From: an uncultured bacterium
Lineage (GTDB): Bacteria; Acidobacteriota; HRBIN11; JAKEFK01
Length of the DNA stretch: 64,000 nt
Assembly: GCA_963777505.1 (NCBI GenBank)
Contig: CAVZQN010000001.1
Coordinates: forward strand, 1 to 64,000
Reading direction: 5' to 3'
A model generated the notes under the pieces. The model made no database searches. It had not been told where the DNA came from and saw only the letters and a program-made list of their open reading frames with translations. Of this stretch, positions 30,158-39,191 are shown in pieces. The position numbers and the translations under genes were made by a program. How positions within the stretch are numbered: the first letter of the stretch is position 1; each line of letters begins with the position of its first letter.

Positions 30158-31324
30158 CTAGTTTGATGTTGCTGTATTGTTATTTTCATTTCCTTCAGCA
30201 ACTTGATTTCCGACATCTACTACAGTTGTATATATCGGATCGGACCAATTAAACGGAGCCTCCTGCAGGTCGTAACATTTTGCACAATTCAGATCACGCA
30301 TCAGCTTCCTTCTATTTTCGGGTCTAGAGAAGCTGAGAATTTTGTGATCTCCCGCGGCGAGTCCAGTTATCGTGTCTTCTTTCAAAACGTTGATGCCATT
30401 TTTGAGTTGGACACGAAATGTACCTGTTATCGGGAATGCCGTTGGGTTGGTAATAATGTAGACAATGCCGCCGAGGTTGCGTACTTGTTCAATATGAGGA
30501 TTTTCAGGCGTTGGATTTGGAAGAGCTCCAACTAATTGTGTGCAGAATTGATCGGCGGTAACAGCAAAAGTACCGTTTGCACATCCCTCTGGCTGCTCCA
30601 ATCGATAAACGCGTGTAGCTTTTCCTGCAACGAGATCTGGATCACCTACGGTGTAAGCCAGAGTGCCGTTGCCAACGCCACTTGCACACGTCTCCTGGAT
30701 ACCTTCGTTTGTCATTGAAGAATCGAAAAACCCTACGCTATTTAGATTCAGATTCTGTTGAGCATTTCCTCTAAATGAAAAAGTCGTGTTGTTATTCGTT
30801 GTAACATTTGCAAAATTTGTGAATTTGTTTTGAAAAGTTGAAGAAAGCCGTAAAGCATTCAACCCTGCTCCGGTTGCAGTTACTGTAACCAGAGTCCCCC
30901 TCTGGATTTGAGCACCTGCTGGATTCGAAGCGATTGTGTTGACTGACAGTGGACGGACATTGATGTTAAAAACATCCGGCCCACTTACTTCAACCAAATA
31001 ACGAAGCTTTACCTCGCGATTGCCTGTGGTTGCTGTGGGGCTCACATTCAAAGTCAAAGCGACCGAGGTTTGGAGTCCACCGCCACCCGTTTTTTGTCCG
31101 ACCGTAACTGTAACGCCAGCCGGAGGATCTACTCGTGTGATTGTGTTTACCAGATCCCCACGAACGACGATGGTTGCGTTGCGACCACGAAGTGTGGGGA
31201 CGGCTTCATTGGGACTAAACTGACCAGCACAATAGTCCAGTCTCTGGATTGTTGCTTCGGCTGAAACTGCTACAAACAGTCCAACCAAAACAAAAAGTGA
31301 AATTAAGATTCTCATTTGCGTCAT
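30158..31324 (-). CDS. Secreted beta-rich protein with a C-terminal CARDB-like domain
   Basis: Signal peptide, Thr/Asn/Gly-rich Ig-like segments, ending VVDVGNQVAEGNENNNTA; RBS AAGGAGG. Confidence 0.7.
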   Translation of the reverse strand: MTQMRILISLFVLVGLFVAVSAEATIQRLDYCAGQFSPNEAVPTLRGRNATIVVRGDLVNTITRVDPPAGVTVTVGQKTGGGGLQTSVALTLNVSPTATTGNREVKLRYLVEVSGPDVFNINVRPLSVNTIASNPAGAQIQRGTLVTVTATGAGLNALRLSSTFQNKFTNFANVTTNNNTTFSFRGNAQQNLNLNSVGFFDSSMTNEGIQETCASGVGNGTLAYTVGDPDLVAGKATRVYRLEQPEGCANGTFAVTADQFCTQLVGALPNPTPENPHIEQVRNLGGIVYIITNPTAFPITGTFRVQLKNGINVLKEDTITGLAAGDHKILSFSRPENRRKLMRDLNCAKCYDLQEAPFNWSDPIYTTVVDVGNQVAEGNENNNTATSN

Positions 31325-31361
31325 TTCTGCGCCTCCTTGAGTTCATTGCGCTTTGGGTCAT

Positions 31362-31378
31362 TGCAACGGTCATACCAA
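31362..31378 (-). promoter_or_regulatory. Putative sigma54 promoter
   Basis: Minus strand TTGGTATGACCGTTGCA, GG-N10-GC spacing, about 40 nt upstream of the secreted-protein gene. Confidence 0.55.
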
Positions 31379-31457
31379 GTTGGCGATTCAAACTTCTTCG
31401 ACGGAGACTGATCACAAATGAGAATCTTGGAGGCAACTCAAATTGTTTTTCGCAACT

Positions 31458-32651
31458 TCAGTTGCTTTTACCACAGAGACTTTGAGACTCTGCGGTAAAA
31501 AATTCCGGTTTTCGAAAACACAAAGACCGATCAAGGTCTTCGAGCAAATCTTCGATATCTTCAATTCCAACAGACAAGCGAATTACGCGTTCGTTTATAC
31601 CTGCTGCTTCACGTAATTCTGGCTTCATCGATGCATGACTCATCGTGCAAGGATGCTCAATCAATGATTCAACGCCACCCAGTGATTCTGCAAGAGTGAA
31701 AACGCTGACCGATCGCAGCACATGCGCGACTTCATCAATCCCGCCATTTACTTCAAACGAAACCATCCCTCCAAAACCATACTGTTGTCGCGTTGCCAAA
31801 TCGTGATGTGGATGACTTGTAAGGCCGGGATAATAAACTTTCCCTACAGAGTTATGGAATTCCAGGAATCTTGCGATGGCACGCGCATTGTGTTCATGTT
31901 CCTTCATGCGTGGAACGAGAGTTTTGATTCCGCGAAGCACAAGCCAGCAATCAAATGGCGAAGCGCCTTGACCTAAAGCATTGGTCAGCCATTGAATCCG
32001 TTCGGCAAGATCGACACGACTGCTCACGATTGCGCCGCCAACAACATCACTATGACCATTCAAATATTTTGTTGTGGAATGCACAACAATATCTGCGCCA
32101 AGTTCAATCGGACGTTGATTGTGAGGAGAAAGAAAGGTGTTATCCACGATTGAAAGCGCACCATGTTGATGCGCAATTTCAGACACCGCCTGAATGTCAA
32201 TGATATTGAGCAGCGGATTACTTGGAGTTTCAATCCAGATGGCTTTTGTTTGCGGCTTGATTGCTTTTGTGATTTCTTCCAAACGGCTCATATCGACATA
32301 TGTCGTTTCGATTCCAAATTGTTCTTTGTACGTTCGAAGCAGGCGGTCTGTTCCGCCGTAACAATCATGTGTGCAAATCACATGATCACCGCTTTTCAGC
32401 AGATGAAGCACAGTTGTGATCGCAGCCATTCCTGTTGCAACCGCCGAAGCTCCATAGCCGCCTTCCAGTGAGGCAAGATTTTCTTCCAATGCTTTTCGAG
32501 TGGGATTGTTTGTGCGTGAGTAATCGAAACCTTTCGTCACTCCAACATCTTCAAAACGAAATGTAGACGTTTGGTAAATCGGAGTGATTACGCTGTTATA
32601 GGCTGTGTCTTTGTCGACACCTGTGTGAATGGATTTAGTTTGAAAACGCAT
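31458..32651 (-). CDS. metB: Cystathionine gamma-synthase/lyase (Cys/Met PLP enzyme)
   Basis: PIYQTSTF, YSRTNNPT, ETPSNP, VDNTF, HSTTKYLNGHSD, AESLGGVESL. Start MRFQT at 32651, downstream of a SAM riboswitch. Confidence 0.88.
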   Translation of the reverse strand: MRFQTKSIHTGVDKDTAYNSVITPIYQTSTFRFEDVGVTKGFDYSRTNNPTRKALEENLASLEGGYGASAVATGMAAITTVLHLLKSGDHVICTHDCYGGTDRLLRTYKEQFGIETTYVDMSRLEEITKAIKPQTKAIWIETPSNPLLNIIDIQAVSEIAHQHGALSIVDNTFLSPHNQRPIELGADIVVHSTTKYLNGHSDVVGGAIVSSRVDLAERIQWLTNALGQGASPFDCWLVLRGIKTLVPRMKEHEHNARAIARFLEFHNSVGKVYYPGLTSHPHHDLATRQQYGFGGMVSFEVNGGIDEVAHVLRSVSVFTLAESLGGVESLIEHPCTMSHASMKPELREAAGINERVIRLSVGIEDIEDLLEDLDRSLCFRKPEFFTAESQSLCGKSN

Positions 32652-32724
32652 GTGACACCTCGTATTCGTTTGTGCAACCTCTTCGGATGATCGGAAGAGG
32701 CTGCTACGAAATGCACTTGCGTCT

Positions 32725-32858
32725 CCCTCCCATCTTTCCCATAAAACTCGTGCAGTTTTATAGGCAGGAATTAGCACCTGGCGTTTCAGGAGGTTGATTC
32801 CAAAACCGGTTGCTAAGGCGTCATCGGGCCTGTTCCCTCGACCTTTCCAGATAAGAGA
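32725..32858 (-). ncRNA. SAM-I (S-box) riboswitch
   Basis: Minus strand CTTATCTGGAAAGGTCGAGGGAACAGGCCCGATGACGCCTTAGCAACC...GGTGCTAATTCCTGC...GAAAGATGGGAG. Downstream hairpin GCAGCCTCTTC/GAAGAGGTTGC precedes the RBS. Confidence 0.93.
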
Positions 32859-32886
32859 AAACTAAATTGTGAAAGAACGGACCTTG

Positions 32887-32916
32887 TTTATATAAAAATT
32901 CTGCGGACTCTGTCAA
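32887..32916 (-). promoter_or_regulatory. Sigma70-like promoter for the SAM riboswitch/metB transcript
   Basis: Minus strand TTGACA-GAGTCCGCAGAATTTT-TATATAAA. Confidence 0.6.
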
Positions 32917-32941
32917 GTCCTTTGCGCCTTTGTTGAATTTC

Positions 32942-33098
32942 GTAGCCCCCGGCGTAAGCCGGGGGTAACAGGATTGGAGAAATGATCTAGCCCGCCTCAA
33001 GCGGGCGAAAGACCATTGCTTCAGAAGACTCTTACGCCCGCCTGTGGCGGGCTGAATCATTACATGCATACTGAACCCCCGGCTTACGCCGGGGGCTA
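32942..33098. repeat. ~157-bp REPIN/MITE-like element of a second REP family
   Basis: Terminal inverted palindromes GTAGCCCCCGGCGTAAGCCGGGGG and CCCCCGGCTTACGCCGGGGGCTA, with an inner pair AGCCCGCCTCAAGCGGGCG / CGCCCGCCTGTGGCGGGCT. Confidence 0.85.
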
Positions 33099-34443
33099 AT
33101 TCTTTGTGGTCTGTTTTTTTTGAGCGACCCAGAATAAAACACAAGCTAAGACCCAACATAAAAACTGTGCCAACAATCACAGTTAATTCGAACTCCAGTA
33201 CATTTTCGGTACCTGAAGATGGTATGAATACAAATGCAATTCCAAATAATGTTGCGGCGACACCAATCAGTGCCAGCACTCGCTGAATTCCAAGCTTATA
33301 TTGACCGGCAAAAAGATAAACAAATGGAATCAACTGAATCACAATTGAACATTTGAGTAATTTTTCGTAAACATCACGAACAGTAGATCCGTACAAGGAA
33401 ATCAAAAGCAAGATTGTACAAACCACACCTTGAACCAACAGTGCATTGATTGGAGTGCCCCATTTCGGATGAGTTTTTCCAAGTGCTTTTGGAAGATAAA
33501 CATCAACTCCCATAACAAACGGTATTCGCGCGGAGCCCGCAAGCCATGCGGAACAAACTCCAAGAACTGCAAGCGATAAGATCACTGCAGCAAATGGAAT
33601 CAAAGCTGTTAAATTCAAACGCGTTGCAACACTCGTTACGGCCTGCATGACACCGGTCACCGCTCCAATCTCATTCGCAGGAACAGCCACAATCAATGCA
33701 ACAACACCTATGATGTAGAGTGAGATGCTGATTATCCCAGCAACAAGAACAGCGCGACGGATAATTTTTTCGGTATCTTTAATTTCATCACCCATCACCG
33801 ATCCTAGTTCAAGCCCAACAAGCGAATACATCGCAACGCTCAACACAGAAAGCGAACCATATTCATGAAGTGAAGGAAGTGCCTCACTCCACTGAAATGG
33901 AGTCTCTGACGATCCTGTTTTTAAGTAAGCCAGAATTCCGATCACCGTAAGAAATGCAAGGCTAACCCAAACACCGAAACCTCCAATATTGTTCAACCAT
34001 TTGCCAACACTCAATCCGCGAATATGCATCAGTGTGACAAGCCACAACACCGTTATCGAAGAAACAATCATGAAGTTAACGTTGTCTGCCAATTTTGCAG
34101 ATTCAGGGCCGCCAACGTAAGTCAAAACACCAACGATGATGAATACAACCGAAGGAATGTAGAAAAGATTATTTGTCCAATAACACCAGCCGGATATGAA
34201 TGCGTGAAAGTCGCCAAAACATTCGCGGGTCCACAAATAAATCCCGCCTTCTCCTGGATATCGTTTTCCAAATTCGGCAACCGCAACACCCTGAGGTACC
34301 AGAAAAAGGAAAAAAGCGAGAATGTAATAAGAGACAGCGCGCCAACCTTCTCCTGCAATCAACGGCAACGCGTTAACGTTGACAACAGCGACGACCATCA
34401 ACAGAACAAGATCGCGGAGGTTTAGCTCGCGGCGAAGGTTCAA
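33096..34443 (-). CDS. APC-family amino acid/polyamine permease
   Basis: LRRELNLRDL, YPGEGGIYLW, GLELGS.MGDE, HPKWGTP, about 12 TM helices. The track's extension to 32821 reads through the REP and riboswitch; the real stop is probably the TAG at the REP edge after an indel in the A8 run (~33114-33121). Confidence 0.85.
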
Positions 34444-34446
34444 AGC

Positions 34447-35806
34447 CTAACCTTGCGCACTTAACTTTTGAGCCTCTTGAAGTGCAGGGACAAGCTCACG
34501 AAATGTTTTGAGATGATGATCGATGTCAGCTTCTGTATGAGCGACGCAAATCGTCCATTGTTCATCCCATGCGTACGCTTGCGTTAATATTCCGCGACTC
34601 AGCATCCCATACCACCAAACTTTCCACATTTCAGCATCTACATTGAGCCAATCACGGTAATTTTTTACTTCACGTTCGCAGAACTGAACGGTACCATTGC
34701 ATCCGGCGCCGACAGCATATCCTTTCAAACCATTCTTTTTCAGAATGTCATTGTATCCATCAATCAACATTTGATTGAGTTTACTGATGCGCGGATAGAT
34801 ATCTGAAGTTAAAACTTTCGTAAGAGTGGCAAGTCCGGCGGTAACGCCAACAGATTCGCATTGTATGTTCCTGCATGAAACACAATTCCCTTTTCGAGAA
34901 CTTCCATCACATCTCTGCGCGCGCCAAATGCTGCAAGAGGAAATCCGCCACCGATCGCTTTCGCAAGACAAACCATGTCAGGCTTTATTTTGAAATATTC
35001 GCAGGCTCCACCGCGCGCAAGCTTAACTCCAGTTTTCACTTCATCAAAAATTAACAACGCTCCATTCTTCTTACAAAGATCATGAACACCTTGCAAATAC
35101 CCTGGCTCCGGCATCGCGATTCCAATGTTCATTTGAATTGGTTCAACAATCACCGCAGCAATTTGTCCTGAATTCGCTTGAAACGCAATTTCTGAACGCT
35201 TCCAAGATCGTTAAACTGACACGGCACCGTATTTTCTGCAGTACCATCAGGCACTCCTGCTGAAGCTTTTACCACGTTTGGATGTTTAGGATCACCGGCT
35301 TCTTCGACAGGTGGTTTGTAGCTGACCAGAACGGAATCATGAACGCCATGATAAGCGCCTTCCATTTTTATGATTTTGTCGCGGCCTGTAAAACCGCGTG
35401 CTATGCGGATCGCATGCATCGTTGCTTCCGTTCCGGAATTTGCAAAACGGATTAGATCAACCGGAAACCGCGACAACAATTCTTCAGCAAGACTTTGTTC
35501 CAGCTCATACGGCATTCCATACATAGTGCCCAGTTCAAGCCTTTTTGATACTGCTCCAGTAATTGCAGGATGGGCATGACCGGCCAATAAAACACCAAAT
35601 GATAAATTGTGATCTAAATATTCATTTCCATCCAAATCCCGAAAACGGCCGCCATTGGCAGATTTTACAAAAACAGGATGAGGAGGATAAGAACGAAAAT
35701 TGCTGGATACTCCAAGCGGTAAATATTTTTTCCCTCTCTCCAAAGCCGCCCTGGATGCGGGTGTTCGCGAGGCAAAACGTTCAATTTCAACATCTGATGG
35801 TCTCAC
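34447..35806 (-). CDS. Class III PLP aminotransferase (glutamate-1-semialdehyde aminomutase-like); two frameshifts
   Basis: RFANSGTEATM, EGAYHG [fs ~35185] AAVIVEPIQMN, IFDEVKTG, AKAIGGG, HAGTYNAN [fs ~34853] VGVTAGLATL. Confidence 0.85.
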
Positions 35807-35878
35807 TTGAAACTCCTTGACTTTCTTACAAAGATTTAATCATAAAGATCACTGAGCACAAAATTGTGAATAAGGCGC

Positions 35879-35906
35879 TTGACAGAGGAAGTGCTCTTGT
35901 TATTAT
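35879..35906 (+). promoter_or_regulatory. Strong sigma70-like promoter with extended -10
   Basis: TTGACA-N16-TATTAT with TGn preceding the -10. Confidence 0.65.
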
Positions 35907-35992
35907 TTGTAAATGTCTCGACGGGTGAGACTAGGTTCTGAAACTCAAAACTCTGCCCGAATCCGGCAAGTACGCAGTCAAGGAGGGCTGTA

Positions 35993-36238
35993 ATGGCACA
36001 AGAAAAAGTTACAAAAGCTGGTGTGAAAAGAGAATCTGGTTATTTGTATTTCCTCGATGGTGATGGTGATATCAGCCGTGCCCCGATGGTCCGTGGCCGT
36101 GGGAAAGGCTCTAAAGGCAAACCGGAAAAAGTTACTAAAACTCAAGTTAAGAAAGACGCCGGTTATATGTACTTTATTGACAAAGATGGCGACGTAGCCA
36201 GAACGAAAATGGCACGCGGTGGAAAAGGCAAAAAATAA
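35993..36238 (+). CDS. Small basic protein with an internal ~40-aa duplication; putative nucleic-acid-binding protein
   Basis: EKVTKAGVKRESGYLYFLDGDGDISRAPM and EKVTKTQVKKDAGYMYFIDKDGDVARTKM, each followed by a G/K/R tail; RBS AAGGAGG; own promoter and downstream hairpin. Confidence 0.85.
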   Translation: MAQEKVTKAGVKRESGYLYFLDGDGDISRAPMVRGRGKGSKGKPEKVTKTQVKKDAGYMYFIDKDGDVARTKMARGGKGKK

Positions 36239-36249
36239 TTCATCAACAT

Positions 36250-36293
36250 AACCGCAGAGACACAACGTTAAATAACCTGGAGTCTCTGCGGTT
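36250..36293. terminator. Hairpin between convergent genes, made from the 9-nt repeat family
   Basis: AACCGCAGAGAC...GTCTCTGCGGTT. Confidence 0.65.
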
Positions 36294-38570
36294 CTAGCTT
36301 CTTCGGAGTTGTTCTGCACGCTGGAGGTGTTGTTGCGCTTCGCGCGCGCGTCCTAAGCGATTGAGTAAATCCGCTAACAAATAATTCCCTAGAATTTTGT
36401 TTTCGGTTTCTTTACTTTTCTCAATTCCATCCGCAGCAAGCTGTTCTGCTCTATTTAGATCGCCACCGGTGTCCATCAAATTCTTAGCAAGATAGATGTA
36501 CGCCACACCATAATCCGGTTTTGTTTTAATACACTCTTCCAGTTCGCGTCTTTCCGAATCTATATCCCCTGCTTTGCGAAGGATTCTACTGAGATTAAAT
36601 CTCGCAGGATACGATTCTGGAAATAATTCCACTTCTTTTTTGTAATCTTCCATTGCAAGTGCCCATTGATTCCGTGATTCATAAACCAGGGCTCGATTAA
36701 AATGGGCGTTGGGGAATCGATCATTCATTTCGAGCGCTTTATTAATTTCCACTATCGCTTCTTCAAAACGTTCCAATTCTAAAAGACAAGCGCCTAATCG
36801 ATTTCGAAACGCGGCCGATTCAGGATCAATTTCTAAGGCTTTACGGAAATGGGACAATGCGGTTTGTTGTTGTCCTTCTGCTGCTGCGATTTCGCCTAAA
36901 TGAAAATAAGCTTTCGTATCACGTGGATCCATTTGCAAGACACGTTCAAAGCCGGTTCGGGCTGCATCCCATTGTTCATCGCGTTCAAATGCAACTGCCA
37001 GGCTGAAAATGGCTGCCGTGAATGTTGAATTCAATGCAATGGCAGCCTGGAAACTTTCACGCGCTTTTGCAAATTGATCTTTCTTCATCCAAATGTTGCC
37101 TTGCACAAGATGGGCTTCTAAGATGCCTGAATCGATTCGAAGAACTTCGGTAATATCGGCAAGAGCTTCGTCCGTTTTTTCTTCAGCGGATTTCCATTGC
37201 GCAAGTTTTAGCAGATTGTACAAACTGATTTTGTCCTTTGGATCTGCCAGCGTTCCAGCTTCACCAACAATGGGCGCTGTATAGGTGCCGATGTAGCCTA
37301 ATGCTTGCAGCTTTTCTAAAGCCTCATCATCCATCGGTTTTGGCCCCTTTAATTCGGCGCCTCCGGCTTTCACAAGCTGCGTGATTTGATTTTTGAATGG
37401 TTCAGCACGGCGCGTCTCGGAACTGTAAAGATTGTCCGACTCATCAGTGTCCTGCGACACGCGATACAGTTCAGGTTGTGGAGCTTCTATGAACTTGTAT
37501 TCAGCTGTGCGAAGCGATTTCAGTTCATTCCAACCATAATGGAATCTTGGATAATAGGATTCGCTGTAAGCTGATAGCGGCGCTGGCAGTTTTTCGCCCT
37601 GAATGAGCGGGATCAAACTGACACCGTCAAGTTTCGATGGGGGTGGCACTTGAAGCAGCGCGCAAATCGTTGGAAAAAGATCGACAGTTCGAACTTGATC
37701 GCGAACGTGAATCGCTTCCCCTCCGGGCACAAGAACAATCAAGGGTACATGCGTTGTTGCATCATAAATGAAAAAGCCATGGCCGGTTTCCTGATGCTCT
37801 CCAAGACTTTCCCCATGATCCGCAGTAAGTACTATGGATGTAGTACTACTTAGATTGTTCTGGTCCAAAAAGGCCTGAAGCTTTCCAATCAAATAATCCG
37901 TGTAAGCTATTTCGCCATCGTAAAGCCCAAACTTCTGGTTAGCCCATGGCGCGCGAAATGGATCGGGTGGATCATAAGGCGTGTGGGGATCATATAAGTG
38001 AATCCACGAAAAAAATTGACGATCCTTAACTCCGTCCATCCATTTGATGGCCGCATCCATCGTTTCATCCCCTCTTCTTTGAACGGAATCGAGACTTACT
38101 GCCTTATATTTCGAAAGTTCAAAATGATCGAAATACTCATCAAACCCTTGAGCAATTCCCCATTTGCGATCCAGAACAAATGCACTGACAAACCCACCAG
38201 TAGAAAAACCGGAGCCTTTCAATGTTTCTGCCAGGGTCACCCAATTATCTTCAAGATAAAAGCCGGCATTGTCTCTCACTCCATGCGACACAGGATACAT
38301 TCCTGTCATGATTGAAGAATGCGAAGGAAGTGTAAGTGGAGTTGTAGCAGTCGCATTTTGAAACAAAGCTCCTTTTTGTGCCCAGGCATCAATATTCGGA
38401 GTCTGTGCCCGCGTATATCCATAACAACCCAGGCGGTCTGCGCGAAGTGTATCAATCGTGATCAAAATCACATTCTTTGGACGGCTTAATTCCTTCTTAG
38501 CCGGCCGGAGATACCATGCACCGACTCCAGCTGCCACAACGAGAACACCTACAATGAGCCATTTCTTCAT
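36294..38570 (-). CDS. Sulfatase-like hydrolase fused to TPR repeats
   Basis: NVILITIDTLRAD, PLTLPSH, HLYDPH, YDGEI, ADHGE; C-terminal TPR array; N-terminal membrane anchor. Confidence 0.9.
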   Translation of the reverse strand: MKKWLIVGVLVVAAGVGAWYLRPAKKELSRPKNVILITIDTLRADRLGCYGYTRAQTPNIDAWAQKGALFQNATATTPLTLPSHSSIMTGMYPVSHGVRDNAGFYLEDNWVTLAETLKGSGFSTGGFVSAFVLDRKWGIAQGFDEYFDHFELSKYKAVSLDSVQRRGDETMDAAIKWMDGVKDRQFFSWIHLYDPHTPYDPPDPFRAPWANQKFGLYDGEIAYTDYLIGKLQAFLDQNNLSSTTSIVLTADHGESLGEHQETGHGFFIYDATTHVPLIVLVPGGEAIHVRDQVRTVDLFPTICALLQVPPPSKLDGVSLIPLIQGEKLPAPLSAYSESYYPRFHYGWNELKSLRTAEYKFIEAPQPELYRVSQDTDESDNLYSSETRRAEPFKNQITQLVKAGGAELKGPKPMDDEALEKLQALGYIGTYTAPIVGEAGTLADPKDKISLYNLLKLAQWKSAEEKTDEALADITEVLRIDSGILEAHLVQGNIWMKKDQFAKARESFQAAIALNSTFTAAIFSLAVAFERDEQWDAARTGFERVLQMDPRDTKAYFHLGEIAAAEGQQQTALSHFRKALEIDPESAAFRNRLGACLLELERFEEAIVEINKALEMNDRFPNAHFNRALVYESRNQWALAMEDYKKEVELFPESYPARFNLSRILRKAGDIDSERRELEECIKTKPDYGVAYIYLAKNLMDTGGDLNRAEQLAADGIEKSKETENKILGNYLLADLLNRLGRAREAQQHLQRAEQLRRS

Positions 38571-38689
38571 AAGGCTTTAATCATAGTGAATCTAAAGAAA
38601 AAAATTAAGGGATAGTGAAATATTCTCGTAGTGAGGGGCCAAATATTGAAAATTGCTCACTTTTCCATACATTGGAGATGGAGGATTTT

Positions 38690-39133
38690 ATGCAAATGAG
38701 AAGAAGTATAGGCTTCACAATTCTTGCAATTATTTCAATTTTCAATTTTGCGCAGGCCGACAACCAGACACAAACTCAGACGCAGACGCAACTTCAAACG
38801 ATGCCTGCACAGAAACTTGAAGTGAACAAACGCGGAACGCCTGTCGCAACATTGAAAGGAACTGGCGATCAAACAACAAAAGAATTTCAGCTCAAACAAG
38901 GCTCTGCAACATTCGATCTTTTGCTCGATTGGGAAAAACGGGATCCCGATCTTCAGCCCGGTGAAGGAAAATTTGAAGTGGTTCTAATAGACGAACAAGG
39001 ACGAAATGTTGAACACGTCATTGGAACTATCGGTCATTTTGATGGCGCCAGAACTGTTCAGATTCCTAAAACTGCAAAATACAAGCTCAAAGTTACAGCA
39101 CCAGGACCCTGGACTATTGATATTGCGCAGTGA
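38690..39133 (+). CDS. Small secreted beta-sandwich protein
   Basis: Start MQMRR after GGAGG; signal peptide; QT-repeat linker; ends Y.LKVTAPGPWTIDI. Confidence 0.7.
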   Translation: MQMRRSIGFTILAIISIFNFAQADNQTQTQTQTQLQTMPAQKLEVNKRGTPVATLKGTGDQTTKEFQLKQGSATFDLLLDWEKRDPDLQPGEGKFEVVLIDEQGRNVEHVIGTIGHFDGARTVQIPKTAKYKLKVTAPGPWTIDIAQ

Positions 39134-39191
39134 TCTGGCACTGAATTCGGTATCCACTCATTTGCAATAGTGAGAACACAATAATACCTTT

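Noticed and set aside
32652-32777. 42-aa N-terminal extension of MetB
   Set aside because: It is riboswitch sequence; homology begins at MRFQT, which has its own RBS.
32821-33098. Long C-terminal extension of the APC permease
   Set aside because: It reads through a REP element, a promoter and the SAM riboswitch; a homopolymer indel is more parsimonious.
34447-35806. Programmed frameshifting in the aminotransferase
   Set aside because: No slippery heptamer with a downstream structure, and similar indels occur in unrelated genes.
35978-36319. 113-aa antisense ORF over the small basic protein (toxin-antitoxin idea)
   Set aside because: No RBS or recognisable motif; the plus-strand gene has the promoter, RBS and internal duplication.
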